Source: an uncultured Gemmatimonadaceae bacterium (GTDB taxonomy: Bacteria; Gemmatimonadota; Gemmatimonadetes; Gemmatimonadales; Gemmatimonadaceae). From it: a stretch of 64,000 bases of DNA. A program made the translations under genes and the position numbers. The notes beneath the pieces are model-generated. The model did not search any database. It saw only the letters and a list, made by a program, of their open reading frames with translations, and had not been told where the DNA came from. The stretch is from the NCBI GenBank assembly GCA_963781585.1, contig CAWAGQ010000009.1, forward strand, positions 91,566 through 155,565, read 5' to 3'. Shown piece by piece: positions 49,835 to 58,778 of this stretch; positions within the stretch are counted from its first letter, which is position 1, and every line of letters starts with the position of its first letter.

Positions 49835-50743
49835 TTACAGCGGCTTTCGCGGAACGAGCACGCTTGCCGAGCTGTCGGCGGGATGGCTCCCCAGCCCCCA
49901 GTCCCAGTCCAGGCCGGGTTTGAGCACGATGTACACGGCGTTATTGGTCCCCAGGCCGGGCATCGACCTGTCCCAGCAGTTCACATACCGGATCTCCGCG
50001 ATATCCTCGGCCCGGACCGACGCGAGAACGGAATCCACCAGATCGGGCTCCGGCGTGGCTTTCCGCGCGCGGCGGACGACGTGGACCGGGCCCCCCTGGG
50101 CCGCGCCAGTGAACCTCGCCATCGAGAGCACGCGGCGACCGTTGACCCAGACGTTGTCGACCGGCTCGCTCGGACACCTCCCCTTGTCGCCGAGCATGTC
50201 GGGTCGAAGCTTCCGAAGCGCGTCGTAGGCATCGCGAATCGTGCGCCCCCTGGTGCTCGCGATCTCTGCCGAGTCCAGGAAGTAGTTCTTTCCGCGTGCC
50301 GAGGCCTCGACCCGGACTGATGGCAGCTCGTTCGGGGACGCAGGCGTGAGAATCAGATTGATGTTCACCGTGTCGCGCCCATCGCCGAAAAGGCTTGTCT
50401 CGACCGGCGCAAACCCGATCTTGCGCGCGAGAAGCGAGTACCTTCCCGAGTCGTGTGGGACCAGGAACGTGTAATGACCTTTGGCGTCGGTACTGCCGGT
50501 GAGCATGGCGCCAACGCCCTGCTTGACGATGAGCAGCGTTGTGGCGTCGAGGGGCGCCCCGTCACTGCCGGCGACGGTCACGTGAACCTGCCTCGGCACA
50601 GCCCCCTGCCCGACGATCGACCCGGGCAGCGCCGCGGCGAACACGGCTTGCAACGAGAACATCGCCGCTCGCCGGGCGAACCTGAAGGTCTGCGCGCGTC
50701 GTGTTCGATGCGAGTCTCGCACTATCGCGAACTGGCTGGCCAT
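49835..50743 (-). CDS. Short carboxypeptidase-regulatory-like domain protein with degenerate plug-like C-terminus
   Basis: TDAKGHY..ARKIGF..ELPSVRV; AYDALRKLRP; DIAEIRY; paralog of 59311-60234. Confidence 0.7.
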   Translation of the reverse strand: MASQFAIVRDSHRTRRAQTFRFARRAAMFSLQAVFAAALPGSIVGQGAVPRQVHVTVAGSDGAPLDATTLLIVKQGVGAMLTGSTDAKGHYTFLVPHDSGRYSLLARKIGFAPVETSLFGDGRDTVNINLILTPASPNELPSVRVEASARGKNYFLDSAEIASTRGRTIRDAYDALRKLRPDMLGDKGRCPSEPVDNVWVNGRRVLSMARFTGAAQGGPVHVVRRARKATPEPDLVDSVLASVRAEDIAEIRYVNCWDRSMPGLGTNNAVYIVLKPGLDWDWGLGSHPADSSASVLVPRKPL

Positions 50744-50796
50744 GCGTCCGGAATTGCGGGGAGCTCGGTAATGGCGAGTATGCGGTGCGCTCGCAC

Positions 50797-53193
50797 TCAC
50801 GGCGCCCGCGTCCACAATGCAATGGTGCCACACGCCGCACCCACGCCGCCGAAGCGCATCGGCGTGCTGGCCGGTCCCGCGTAGATCTCGATCGCCTCGA
50901 TCCCGTTGGGCGCAAAGTCGTCGATGTTCGGCGGATCCTGGCCCTTCCCCGGCTGGAAAATCACCGTGCCGTCAAGGTACACCTGGTAGTAACAGTGGCC
51001 CGAGCGATTGGCGGAACGCGTGCTCTCCAGAAAGACCGACCCGTCCGCCCGACGCGCCAATCGTACTCCGGGAACCGAACGGATAACACTGCTCAGGGGC
51101 CACTCCTCGTGCCTTGCCAGGTCGGCACGGGTCAGGAACCTGCCGCCCGCATTGGTCGCGCGCCGCTCCTCGAACCCGCGCATCTTGGAGGCTACCGGCG
51201 TGGTCGTCACCGCCACGCCCGGCAGCTCCGTGACAGCCAGCGTCAGGACGAACTCGCGGACAGAGTCGTTAGGCGCGGGGAGCGTGATGCGCTCGACAAC
51301 CGGCCGGTAGCCCACCTCGCGCACCACCACGGTGTACGTGCCGCGCGGCAGCATCGCAACAGCGAAGGTCCCGTCCACACTCGTCCGCACCGAACGCGAC
51401 TGTCCCAGAAGGAGCACCTCCGCCGAGGCGGCAGGACGCGCCATCGAGTCCCGTTTGAGGAGCACTCGGCCGCGGAGCGTAGTCGATCCGGTATGGGCCG
51501 AATTCAGGGCCAGCGTCACCTCGACCACGCTCGCAGTGTCGTCGTCCGCCAGGCTCTCCTCCACCCTCGTATCGCCGAGCGCCGCCCGCAGCCGCACCAT
51601 GTCCTGCCGCGGCGGGCGGCAGAACGTCACGATTCCTGCCTCGTCCGATTCGGTCTCCATGGTGGAGTCCCCGACGGCTGCGCTCACGAGGTTCCCCGAC
51701 GCTTGCATGGCAATCCGTCGCCACGACATCACGGCGCGCGCCCCACGCACAGGCGCCCTCGTGAGCGAGTCGACGAGATACCCGATGATGAGCTGCTGCC
51801 GATCACGCCGCGCGGTTTCGTTCCCGCAGAAGCGCGCGCGCAGCGTCCCCGCGCTCGCCACCGCCCAGTCGGCCACGGTCGCCTGGCCTCGCGACAGCAC
51901 GACCTCACGTTGCGCACCCTCGACGCTGAAGTGCGCGAGCCGCGGGTCGTCCGTGGTGAGGAGGTACCGCCCCGCCAGCGGCGTTTGCAGCCGATACCGG
52001 CCCGCGCTGTCGGTCGCCGCGCTGGCTGCACCACCGGCCAGCAGCAGCCGGGCGTTGGCGAGGGGTGTGCCGTGCAGGCTGTCGAACACCACTCCGGTCA
52101 GCGCCGGCGTGTCGGCCAGCGTCTCCCCAGCGCTCGGCAGGGCAGCCCAGCCCCCCTCCTCGCGGTAGCCGAGGAGACTGTCACGCGCCTGCACCGTGAA
52201 TCTCCCGACCCGCTCGGCGCCTACCCGCACCATCCGTGGCAGTCGGATGTACCATTGCCCCACAATCCACTGGCCGTTCGGCAGCGCCACGAACTCCAGG
52301 CGCCCGCCCGGCTGTCCGCCGTCCGCGCCTGCCGGGGTCCGCGTGTACGCGTAGTCCAGCAACCGCAGTTCGCTCGTCTGCCGATCGACCCAGAGCACGC
52401 CGGTGACGTCACTGACCTTCCGGCCCGGGGCCGGCTCGAACGATAACCCGATCAGCGTCTGCGCCCCCGCGACCTCTTTCATCCCGAAGCAGTGGTCTTG
52501 CGTGAAGCGCTCCGAGAGCAGGAGCGCCGCGTCCGGCGCGAAGTATGTGAGTTCGCCGTCCACTGGGTGGATGAAGCCGAGGCGTGAGAGTTCCTCCGCC
52601 GGCGCGGTCAGGAACGGCGATCCACCCTGGACTGATCTGGATCCAGTGGTTTCGGCCACCACGCGCAGCGCCTGGTCGAGCGTGCGGGTGTAGCGCCACA
52701 CTCTGATCGGAAGCGCCTGGGGCGCGGTCAGCACCGTCGCATCCAACGCCTTGCGCACTTCCGCCCAGAGCCGGGCTGCCAGGGTGCCGGCACTGGGGTC
52801 CAACTTGCAGGTGCGCCGCGCCCGGACGGCGACCCTCTCGAGCGTAAGCGGCCGCGGGACGAGCGCGATGCGCACCGTCTGGGGTTCCCCACGGAGCACC
52901 AGCACCGCCGAGCTGTCGGTGGCGTAGCCGATCCGTTCGGCGCGCACGCGGACTCGTGCGCCTAACGTGCCATGCAGGGTGGCACTCCCCTGTTCATTCG
53001 TGAGCGCGCCGGTGTGCCGCGACCCGTCGGCGAGTGTCAGCGAGACGATCGCGCCTACCAAGGGCGCGTCGGAGTCGTGGTCGACCACTTCGACACGGAC
53101 GGCCTGGGCGCACAGTGGCTGCGCCTTAATCGCCACCATGAACGTGACGAGGAAAAGCCTGCGACAACCGTGGTTCATCGAGTTTGGGCACAC
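50797..53193 (-). CDS. Long multi-carboxypeptidase-regulatory-domain + TonB plug-like protein (no barrel)
   Basis: Repeated G.V.D...P...A/RIGY modules; GFEERR; IEAIEIY.GP.STP..FG..CGTI.LWTR. Confidence 0.75.
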   Translation of the reverse strand: MCPNSMNHGCRRLFLVTFMVAIKAQPLCAQAVRVEVVDHDSDAPLVGAIVSLTLADGSRHTGALTNEQGSATLHGTLGARVRVRAERIGYATDSSAVLVLRGEPQTVRIALVPRPLTLERVAVRARRTCKLDPSAGTLAARLWAEVRKALDATVLTAPQALPIRVWRYTRTLDQALRVVAETTGSRSVQGGSPFLTAPAEELSRLGFIHPVDGELTYFAPDAALLLSERFTQDHCFGMKEVAGAQTLIGLSFEPAPGRKVSDVTGVLWVDRQTSELRLLDYAYTRTPAGADGGQPGGRLEFVALPNGQWIVGQWYIRLPRMVRVGAERVGRFTVQARDSLLGYREEGGWAALPSAGETLADTPALTGVVFDSLHGTPLANARLLLAGGAASAATDSAGRYRLQTPLAGRYLLTTDDPRLAHFSVEGAQREVVLSRGQATVADWAVASAGTLRARFCGNETARRDRQQLIIGYLVDSLTRAPVRGARAVMSWRRIAMQASGNLVSAAVGDSTMETESDEAGIVTFCRPPRQDMVRLRAALGDTRVEESLADDDTASVVEVTLALNSAHTGSTTLRGRVLLKRDSMARPAASAEVLLLGQSRSVRTSVDGTFAVAMLPRGTYTVVVREVGYRPVVERITLPAPNDSVREFVLTLAVTELPGVAVTTTPVASKMRGFEERRATNAGGRFLTRADLARHEEWPLSSVIRSVPGVRLARRADGSVFLESTRSANRSGHCYYQVYLDGTVIFQPGKGQDPPNIDDFAPNGIEAIEIYAGPASTPMRFGGVGAACGTIALWTRAP

Positions 53194-53197
53194 GCTC

Positions 53198-53370
53198 CTA
53201 CCCAACGGCAGTTGTCTTCATTCGCCCCGAGCGTCTTCCCGGTTCCGAATGGTGCACGAACCAACGGGCGTCCGACATGGCGCCTCCCGCTGCTGCTGCG
53301 CGCCTGGAGCTGGCGTGCGGGTTACTCGGCTGCGGTCACTCCAAGATGTGGGTTCCATCGGCGTGCGCAA
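53198..53370 (-). promoter_or_regulatory. Promoter 2 + leader + uORF (53198-53278), copy 3
   Basis: TTGCGC-16-CATCTT at 53343-53370; leader as in copies 1/2; uORF MSDARWFVHHSEP... Confidence 0.5.
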
Positions 53371-53582
53371 GCCAGCACGTTGTCCACCTGCGCCCAGCCG
53401 AACGTCGCCGCGTGCGGTCGGCAAGACCGCTGGCGCAGATCGACGCGCGCGGTCTATCACCGTTGGCGGTTCTCGCTACATCGCTCAGCCGCCACATCCG
53501 AGAGAGCACCGAATCGACATTACACTGGCCTGATCCACTGCGAGAGTGTGGCAAGTGCGGCGGAAGGCGCCGCGTTGGTGGC

Positions 53583-54767
53583 TCACTGCCTGCGCACGCG
53601 ATAGAGCGCGACAGTCTCGGGACCATCCTGGGGCGCGATGCGCAACAGAAGATTCAGATTATCCGCGTGCAGCACACGGGAGTCAGCAGGCAGATTGATT
53701 CGACTGAGAACCTTGCCACTCATGTCGAGAACGAGCCAGGCCGCCGTGTTTGTCGAGCTTCTTTCAAAGGTCTCTATCCAGACGCGATCGAGTTCGTCAA
53801 CCACCAGGCGGCGCAGATAACGAACGCCGCTCGGCACTGGAGCTGACGCGTACACACGGGTGAGCAGTTGGCGAACCCGCGCGGTGGGCTCGTCCGCAAC
53901 TCGCGCGACTAGGGCGGCTGCGAACTCGGCCGACGTGACCCGATGAGGCGGGAGGGGAACGTTGACACGGCTCGAGTCGCGGGACATCAGCTGATAGATG
54001 GTGATCCAGGACGAGTCATTCCGCGCGACGACTGCGATGTGGGGACCGGCTGCGGCCAGCGTTGTCAGGCCGAGTGGAAGGTCACCATACCCACCGACCT
54101 CCCGTGAGACGTAGCGTTCCGTTCCCGGAAACACGCCGATGGTATCCGATCGCAGGAAGTCCTGATCGATGGATATCAGCAGACCCGGAGTTCGGAATAG
54201 TCCTGACTCTTTGGGCAACGCCCCCGGCGAATCGAAGAAGGCGATGATCCCCCCGTCCGTGCGGCAGGAGAGGGGCCGCAAGACCACAAAAGGCGTCGGC
54301 GCCTTGCGAACCAGTGCCACTTGTCCGGTGGAGTCGAAACGAGTCAGTCGCAACGCAGGCCCGTCGAACGCCGCAAACGCTTTCGGGCCACAGTCACCCA
54401 CCCAACTCAGCTCGCGAAATTCCCCCGGTCCGCTTCCGTTTCGGCCCACGACCCGAGTTATTCGCCCCGGCGAGCGGAAGAACCGAATGCTTCCTGTCGT
54501 CGCGTCTCCGACCGCAATCGTGCCATCGGCAGTGACGAAACCTCCCGTGACAACTCCAAACTGCTGGCTGGTGTCTTGCGACAAGCGGCCCAGAACCTGG
54601 ATCGGGGGTTCGACCAGTGTCCATTGCGAGACCTGGCGGTCTTGATGGGCAGGTCGGAGGGCCACGCACAGCAGCCCGGCTGCAAGCTTTCTCCTTGCCC
54701 TTACGAGCATGAGCAGCGTTGCCTGCTTTCGTTGGAGAGCAGAGTACACGAGAAGTTCCTGCCGCAT
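53583..54767 (-). CDS. Exported beta-propeller-like (NHL/6-bladed) protein
   Basis: VGRNGSGPGEFREL; LTRFDSTG; LVVDELDRVWIE; ETVALYRV. Confidence 0.75.
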   Translation of the reverse strand: MRQELLVYSALQRKQATLLMLVRARRKLAAGLLCVALRPAHQDRQVSQWTLVEPPIQVLGRLSQDTSQQFGVVTGGFVTADGTIAVGDATTGSIRFFRSPGRITRVVGRNGSGPGEFRELSWVGDCGPKAFAAFDGPALRLTRFDSTGQVALVRKAPTPFVVLRPLSCRTDGGIIAFFDSPGALPKESGLFRTPGLLISIDQDFLRSDTIGVFPGTERYVSREVGGYGDLPLGLTTLAAAGPHIAVVARNDSSWITIYQLMSRDSSRVNVPLPPHRVTSAEFAAALVARVADEPTARVRQLLTRVYASAPVPSGVRYLRRLVVDELDRVWIETFERSSTNTAAWLVLDMSGKVLSRINLPADSRVLHADNLNLLLRIAPQDGPETVALYRVRRQ

Positions 54768-54821
54768 AGAGCGTGCCTCCCAGTGCGGCAGGTCTATCGC
54801 GATCCGAGCCGAGCGGCCACA

Positions 54822-55040
54822 CTACTCACCGTAGCAAATGTACTTGTAGTTGGCGGCGGTACACGTCGCGGCGTACAGCTCAGGGACACACTCGCATATG
54901 AGGGCTCCCATCCGGACCTGGTTGGGACAGAGTGACCCCGAAAGAGGCGGGAGCGCCTCCGCCTGCGGTACTCGCACGGCGGCGATGGCCTCCAGCGTGA
55001 CCACTGCCGCCACCGCCAGCAAATTCGTTGGCATCACCAC
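54822..55040 (-). CDS. Small secreted Cys-rich peptide P5 (5 Cys)
   Basis: Hydrophobic leader ending AEA; C-x10-CxC-x8-C-x8-C; first ORF after promoter copy C. Confidence 0.62.
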   Translation of the reverse strand: MVMPTNLLAVAAVVTLEAIAAVRVPQAEALPPLSGSLCPNQVRMGALICECVPELYAATCTAANYKYICYGE

Positions 55041-55081
55041 CCATTACCCCTGGCGCTGCGTGGACTGGCGTGGCAGCGGTG

Positions 55082-55127
55082 ATGATAGTGCGTATCGGTG
55101 AGCCGTCAATGAAATGTCCCACCGCGT
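55082..55127 (-). promoter_or_regulatory. Conserved cassette promoter/operator, copy C
   Basis: 23-bp invariant element running into TTGACG-16-TATCAT. Confidence 0.72.
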
Positions 55128-55199
55128 CACATGAGGCACGGCGTACCGAAGGAGTCCCATGGCTCCGAGGAGCACGGCGAAGGGCGAGCGGCCGGCAAT

Positions 55200-55275
55200 G
55201 CAGTGTCACACCCGACACGGCACTGCGGCTGGCCCGTGTGAGGGGGATGAGCGCCGAGATCCGGCTTGGTCTGGC
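55200..55275 (+). pseudogene. higA fragment
   Basis: SVTPDTALRLARVRGMSAEIRLGL matches the middle of HigA. Confidence 0.7.
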
Positions 55276-55436
55276 GCAGTTGCGGATCGCCGCCCACTGC
55301 GAGCGGTGGTCCTGCCGATGACCCTGAATCTGCCGTACCTCGCGCTCCGGAAACTCCGGTGAAAACCGTTGGCGTCTGTTCGTCATGACTCCAACGTTTC
55401 AAGAGTTGGAGCCTCCAAGTTCCCCGGCGTGGTTCA
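55276..55436 (-). mobile_element. IS3-family (IS51-like) left-end remnant
   Basis: TGAACCACGCCGGGG..GGAGGCTCCAACTCTTGA terminal-repeat-like end, then the orfA start MTNRRQRFSPEF.ER.VR...SQWAAI; truncated. Confidence 0.65.
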
Positions 55437-55523
55437 GTTTTGGGCTTCATCGAGATCGATGCGGAACTGACCAAAGTCGTAGTACAGCGCTGGCACGTGT
55501 CCTGGTCAGGGGCGCTCAGCACT

Positions 55524-57944
55524 TCATGGGGCCCGCGTCCACAACACGATCGTCCCGCAGGCCGCACCGATGCCGCCGAAGCGCATGGGCGTGCTGGCTG
55601 GCCCCGCGTAGATCTCGATCGCCTCGATCCCGTTCGGCGCAAAGTCGTCGATATTCGGCGGATTCGGCGCCCTGTTCGGTTGATAGACCAGAGTTCCGTC
55701 GAGGTACACCTGGTAGTAGCAGGCGGTGCGCCTCTGTTCTTGGAAGCCTGCTACGCCCTCGGAGCGCGTGCTTTCCAGAAAGACCGTGTTGTCCGGTTGC
55801 CGCGCCAAGCGCGCGCCCGGCACCGAACGCAGCACGTCACTCAGGGGCCACTCCTCGTGCTTCGCCAGCTCGGCGCGCGTGATGAACCGGCCGCCGGCAT
55901 TGGTCAGCCGCCGCTCCTCGAAGCCCCGCATCTTGGACGACACCGCGGTCGCCGTGACCGCCACGCCCGGCAGCTCCAGGGCAATCGGCGTCAACACGAA
56001 CTCGCGCACGGAGTCCGCCGGCAGTGGGACCGTCACCCGCGCCAGCACCGGCCGGTAGCCGACGTCGCGCACCAGCACGGTGTACGTGCCGCGCGAAAGC
56101 GCGGCGAAGGCGAACGCACCGTCTGGCGTGGTGCGGGCCGACTTCAAGAGCCGGGGCAGCAGGACCTCCGCCGCCGCCGCTGGACGCGTCGCCGAATCGG
56201 TCTTGATGAGCACCCGCCCGCGCAACGTGGTCGATCCGGCCGCCGCGGTGCTCAGGGCCAGCCGCACCTCCACCACGCTCGCGGTGTCGTCGGCTGGGAC
56301 GCTCCGCTCCACACGCGCCCCGCCGAGTTCCGCCCGCAGCCGCACCACGTCCTGCCGCGGCGGCCGGCAAAACGTGACGATCCCCGCCTCGTCGGATTCC
56401 GTCTCCACGGTGGAGTCGCCGACCGCCGCGCTCACCAACCGCTCCGACGCCTGCACCGCCAGGCGCCGCCACGCCATCACCGCCCGCGCGCCGCTGACGG
56501 GCGCGCCCGAGGCCGAGTCGACAAGATGCCCGATGATGAGTTGCGGCCGGTCGCCCCGCCCCGTCTCCTTTCCGCAGAACCGCGCGCGCAACGTCGCCGC
56601 GCTGGCCACGGCCCAGTTGGCCACGGTCACCTCGCCGCGCGACAACACCACCTCGCGCTCGGCCCCCTCGGTGCTGAAGCGCGCGAGCCGCGGGTCGTCC
56701 GTCGTTAGGCGGTACCGCCCCGCCAGGACGCTGCGCAGCCGGTACCGGCCGGTGCTGTCGCTCACCGCGTCGGACACGCCACCGGCCAGGCTGAGGTGCG
56801 CGTTCGCGAGCGGCCCGCCGTGGAGGCTGTCGAACACGAGCCCGGTCAGCGTCGGCTGGTCGGCCGCCGCGGCTCCCCTCCTGGACTCCGTCGCAGCCCA
56901 GCCCCCTTCTTCGCGGTAGCCCAGGAGGCTGTCCCGGGCCGGCACGCTGAAGGCGCCGACGCGCGCGGCGCCCACCCGCGCCATCCGCGGCAGCCGGATG
57001 TACCAGCGTTCGACGATCCACTGCCCGTCAGGCAGCGCGGCGAACTCGAGGCGCCCGCCCGCCTGGCCGGGCTCCGCGCCCGCCGGCGGGCGGGTGTACG
57101 AATAGTCCATCCACCGCAGCTCGCCGGTCTGCCGATCGACCCACAGCACGCCGGTGACATCGCTGACTCGCCGACCGGGCGCCGGATCGAACGCCAGCCC
57201 GATCAGCGTCTGCGATCCCGGCACGTCCTTCACCCCAAAGCAGTGGTCCTGCGCGAATTGATCCGAGAGCAGGAGCGCCGCATCTGGCGCGAAATATGTG
57301 AGGTCGCCATCCACCGGGTGCGCGAAACCGAGACGAGACAGTTCTTCGGCCGGTGCCGTCGTGAACGGCGCCCCAGCGGGGACGGATCGCGTCGCGGTCG
57401 TCTCGGCCACAACCCGCAGCAACCGGTCGAGGATCCGCGTGTAGCGCCAGACGTCGATCGGGAGGCGTTGCGGGGCGGAGAGGACGGTGGCATCCAGCGC
57501 CTTGTGCACTTCGCCCCAGAGCCGCGCCACCACCGTACCAGTATTGGGGTCCATCCTGCACGTGCGTGTGGCGCGGACGGCGACTTTCTCCAGCAGCAGC
57601 GGCTGGGGCACCAGCGCGATCCGCACCGACTGCGGCTCCGCCGTGAGCTCGCGGGCCGCCGCGCTGTCAGTGGCGTAGCCGATCCGTTCGGCCCGCACCC
57701 GGATCCGTGCGCCTAACGTGCCATGCAGGGTGGCACTCCCCTGCTCGTTGGTCAGCGCGCCGGTGTGCCGCGACCCGTCCTCGAGGACGAGCGACACGAT
57801 CGCGCCCACCAGCGGCGCGCCCGACGCCCGATCGACCACCAGAACCCGGACGTCCTGCGCCAAAAGCGGCTGGCTCGCCATCACAACCATAAACGCAACG
57901 ACGGAAAGCTCGCCGCGAGCGAAATTCATCGCGCGTGGGCACAT
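55524..57944 (-). CDS. Long multi-carboxypeptidase-regulatory-domain + plug-like protein (paralog of 50797-53193)
   Basis: Collinear high similarity with 50797-53193. Confidence 0.75.
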   Translation of the reverse strand: MCPRAMNFARGELSVVAFMVVMASQPLLAQDVRVLVVDRASGAPLVGAIVSLVLEDGSRHTGALTNEQGSATLHGTLGARIRVRAERIGYATDSAAARELTAEPQSVRIALVPQPLLLEKVAVRATRTCRMDPNTGTVVARLWGEVHKALDATVLSAPQRLPIDVWRYTRILDRLLRVVAETTATRSVPAGAPFTTAPAEELSRLGFAHPVDGDLTYFAPDAALLLSDQFAQDHCFGVKDVPGSQTLIGLAFDPAPGRRVSDVTGVLWVDRQTGELRWMDYSYTRPPAGAEPGQAGGRLEFAALPDGQWIVERWYIRLPRMARVGAARVGAFSVPARDSLLGYREEGGWAATESRRGAAAADQPTLTGLVFDSLHGGPLANAHLSLAGGVSDAVSDSTGRYRLRSVLAGRYRLTTDDPRLARFSTEGAEREVVLSRGEVTVANWAVASAATLRARFCGKETGRGDRPQLIIGHLVDSASGAPVSGARAVMAWRRLAVQASERLVSAAVGDSTVETESDEAGIVTFCRPPRQDVVRLRAELGGARVERSVPADDTASVVEVRLALSTAAAGSTTLRGRVLIKTDSATRPAAAAEVLLPRLLKSARTTPDGAFAFAALSRGTYTVLVRDVGYRPVLARVTVPLPADSVREFVLTPIALELPGVAVTATAVSSKMRGFEERRLTNAGGRFITRAELAKHEEWPLSDVLRSVPGARLARQPDNTVFLESTRSEGVAGFQEQRRTACYYQVYLDGTLVYQPNRAPNPPNIDDFAPNGIEAIEIYAGPASTPMRFGGIGAACGTIVLWTRAP

Positions 57945-58090
57945 GCTCCGATCAATAACGGCGGGCTTGACTCGACCGGAGGAGCGACCTTGCCGCAATT
58001 CCTGTACGCATTTATGGGCCAGACTTGCGACCGGTAATCTCGGAGCGCCAAAAGCGAGCCGAGTCCGTTTACGGAGTGGAGCCACCCGAG

Positions 58091-58354
58091 TCATTCGGGG
58101 AGGCAGTCCACTCTCACCTCGACGGGTGAGCCACAACTCGGGTCGTTATACGGACAATCTTGAGCACGACTGTACCCCTGGCAGAAAGCCTGGCAGTCAT
58201 CGTCATACTCGTAATGATCGAGGCACATGATTGGGGGCGGAACGCATATAAAGCATTCGTAGGACCTGGCGGACAAGGGCGGTGCCCCTGCCAAGTCAAT
58301 GCTCCCCAGCATCACGACTGCCGCCGCAGATGAAAGCAGTCTTGTCTTCCACAT
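58091..58354 (-). CDS. Small secreted Cys-rich peptide P6 (8 Cys)
   Basis: RBS GAGG before MWKTRLL; signal ending LSA; mature RSYECFIC...VRVDCLPE with 8 Cys. Confidence 0.72.
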   Translation of the reverse strand: MWKTRLLSSAAAVVMLGSIDLAGAPPLSARSYECFICVPPPIMCLDHYEYDDDCQAFCQGYSRAQDCPYNDPSCGSPVEVRVDCLPE

Positions 58355-58731
58355 AGATGCCTCGCTTAGCAAGGAGTTGACTGCCGATGTTGACGAATTC
58401 GTAACCGCGGTGTGATACCTCCATGGGTTCCTCGATCTGGCCGGCCAGGCCACTCTTTTCCTGCGGCGCTTTGATCGGAGTGACTTCGCGATGAGTCGCC
58501 TACTTGATCGCTTTGGCTGAGACGCACAACGCTTTCTCCCAAAAACCTTGAACTCGTGTCCGGCTCTCCCACGCAAGTGCGAGCACGCCAGCTATGGCGC
58601 CCGCGATGCGCCGCTCACTAGCGCCGCCGAACCCATGACCGGTTCGGAGATCAGGCTGCGTGGCAGAATCCACCGGCAGTCAGTGGATTACCAAGTCGTG
58701 TTGGACTGCGTAAAGTTCCGTAACGGCGACC

Positions 58732-58778
58732 ATGATCGCGCCTTTCCGGTGGGCTGTCAATGAAATGTCCCACCGCGT
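58732..58778 (-). promoter_or_regulatory. Conserved cassette promoter/operator, copy D
   Basis: 23-bp invariant element running into TTGACA-17-GATCAT. Confidence 0.7.

Noticed and set aside
5827..52446. Long antisense or alternate-frame ORFs (e.g. 5827-7542, 10561-12276, 23850-25892, 50701-52446)
   Set aside because: Shadow ORFs typical of high-GC DNA, lying opposite well-supported genes, with Arg/Pro/Ala-biased composition
36813..58354. Classical RiPP cluster (lanthipeptide, sactipeptide, ranthipeptide)
   Set aside because: No modifying enzymes or peptidase-containing ABC exporter in the window; the leaders look like Sec signals rather than double-Gly leaders
39436..58778. 23-bp repeat as a CRISPR repeat
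   Set aside because: Copies are kilobases apart, there are no 30-40 bp spacers and no cas genes
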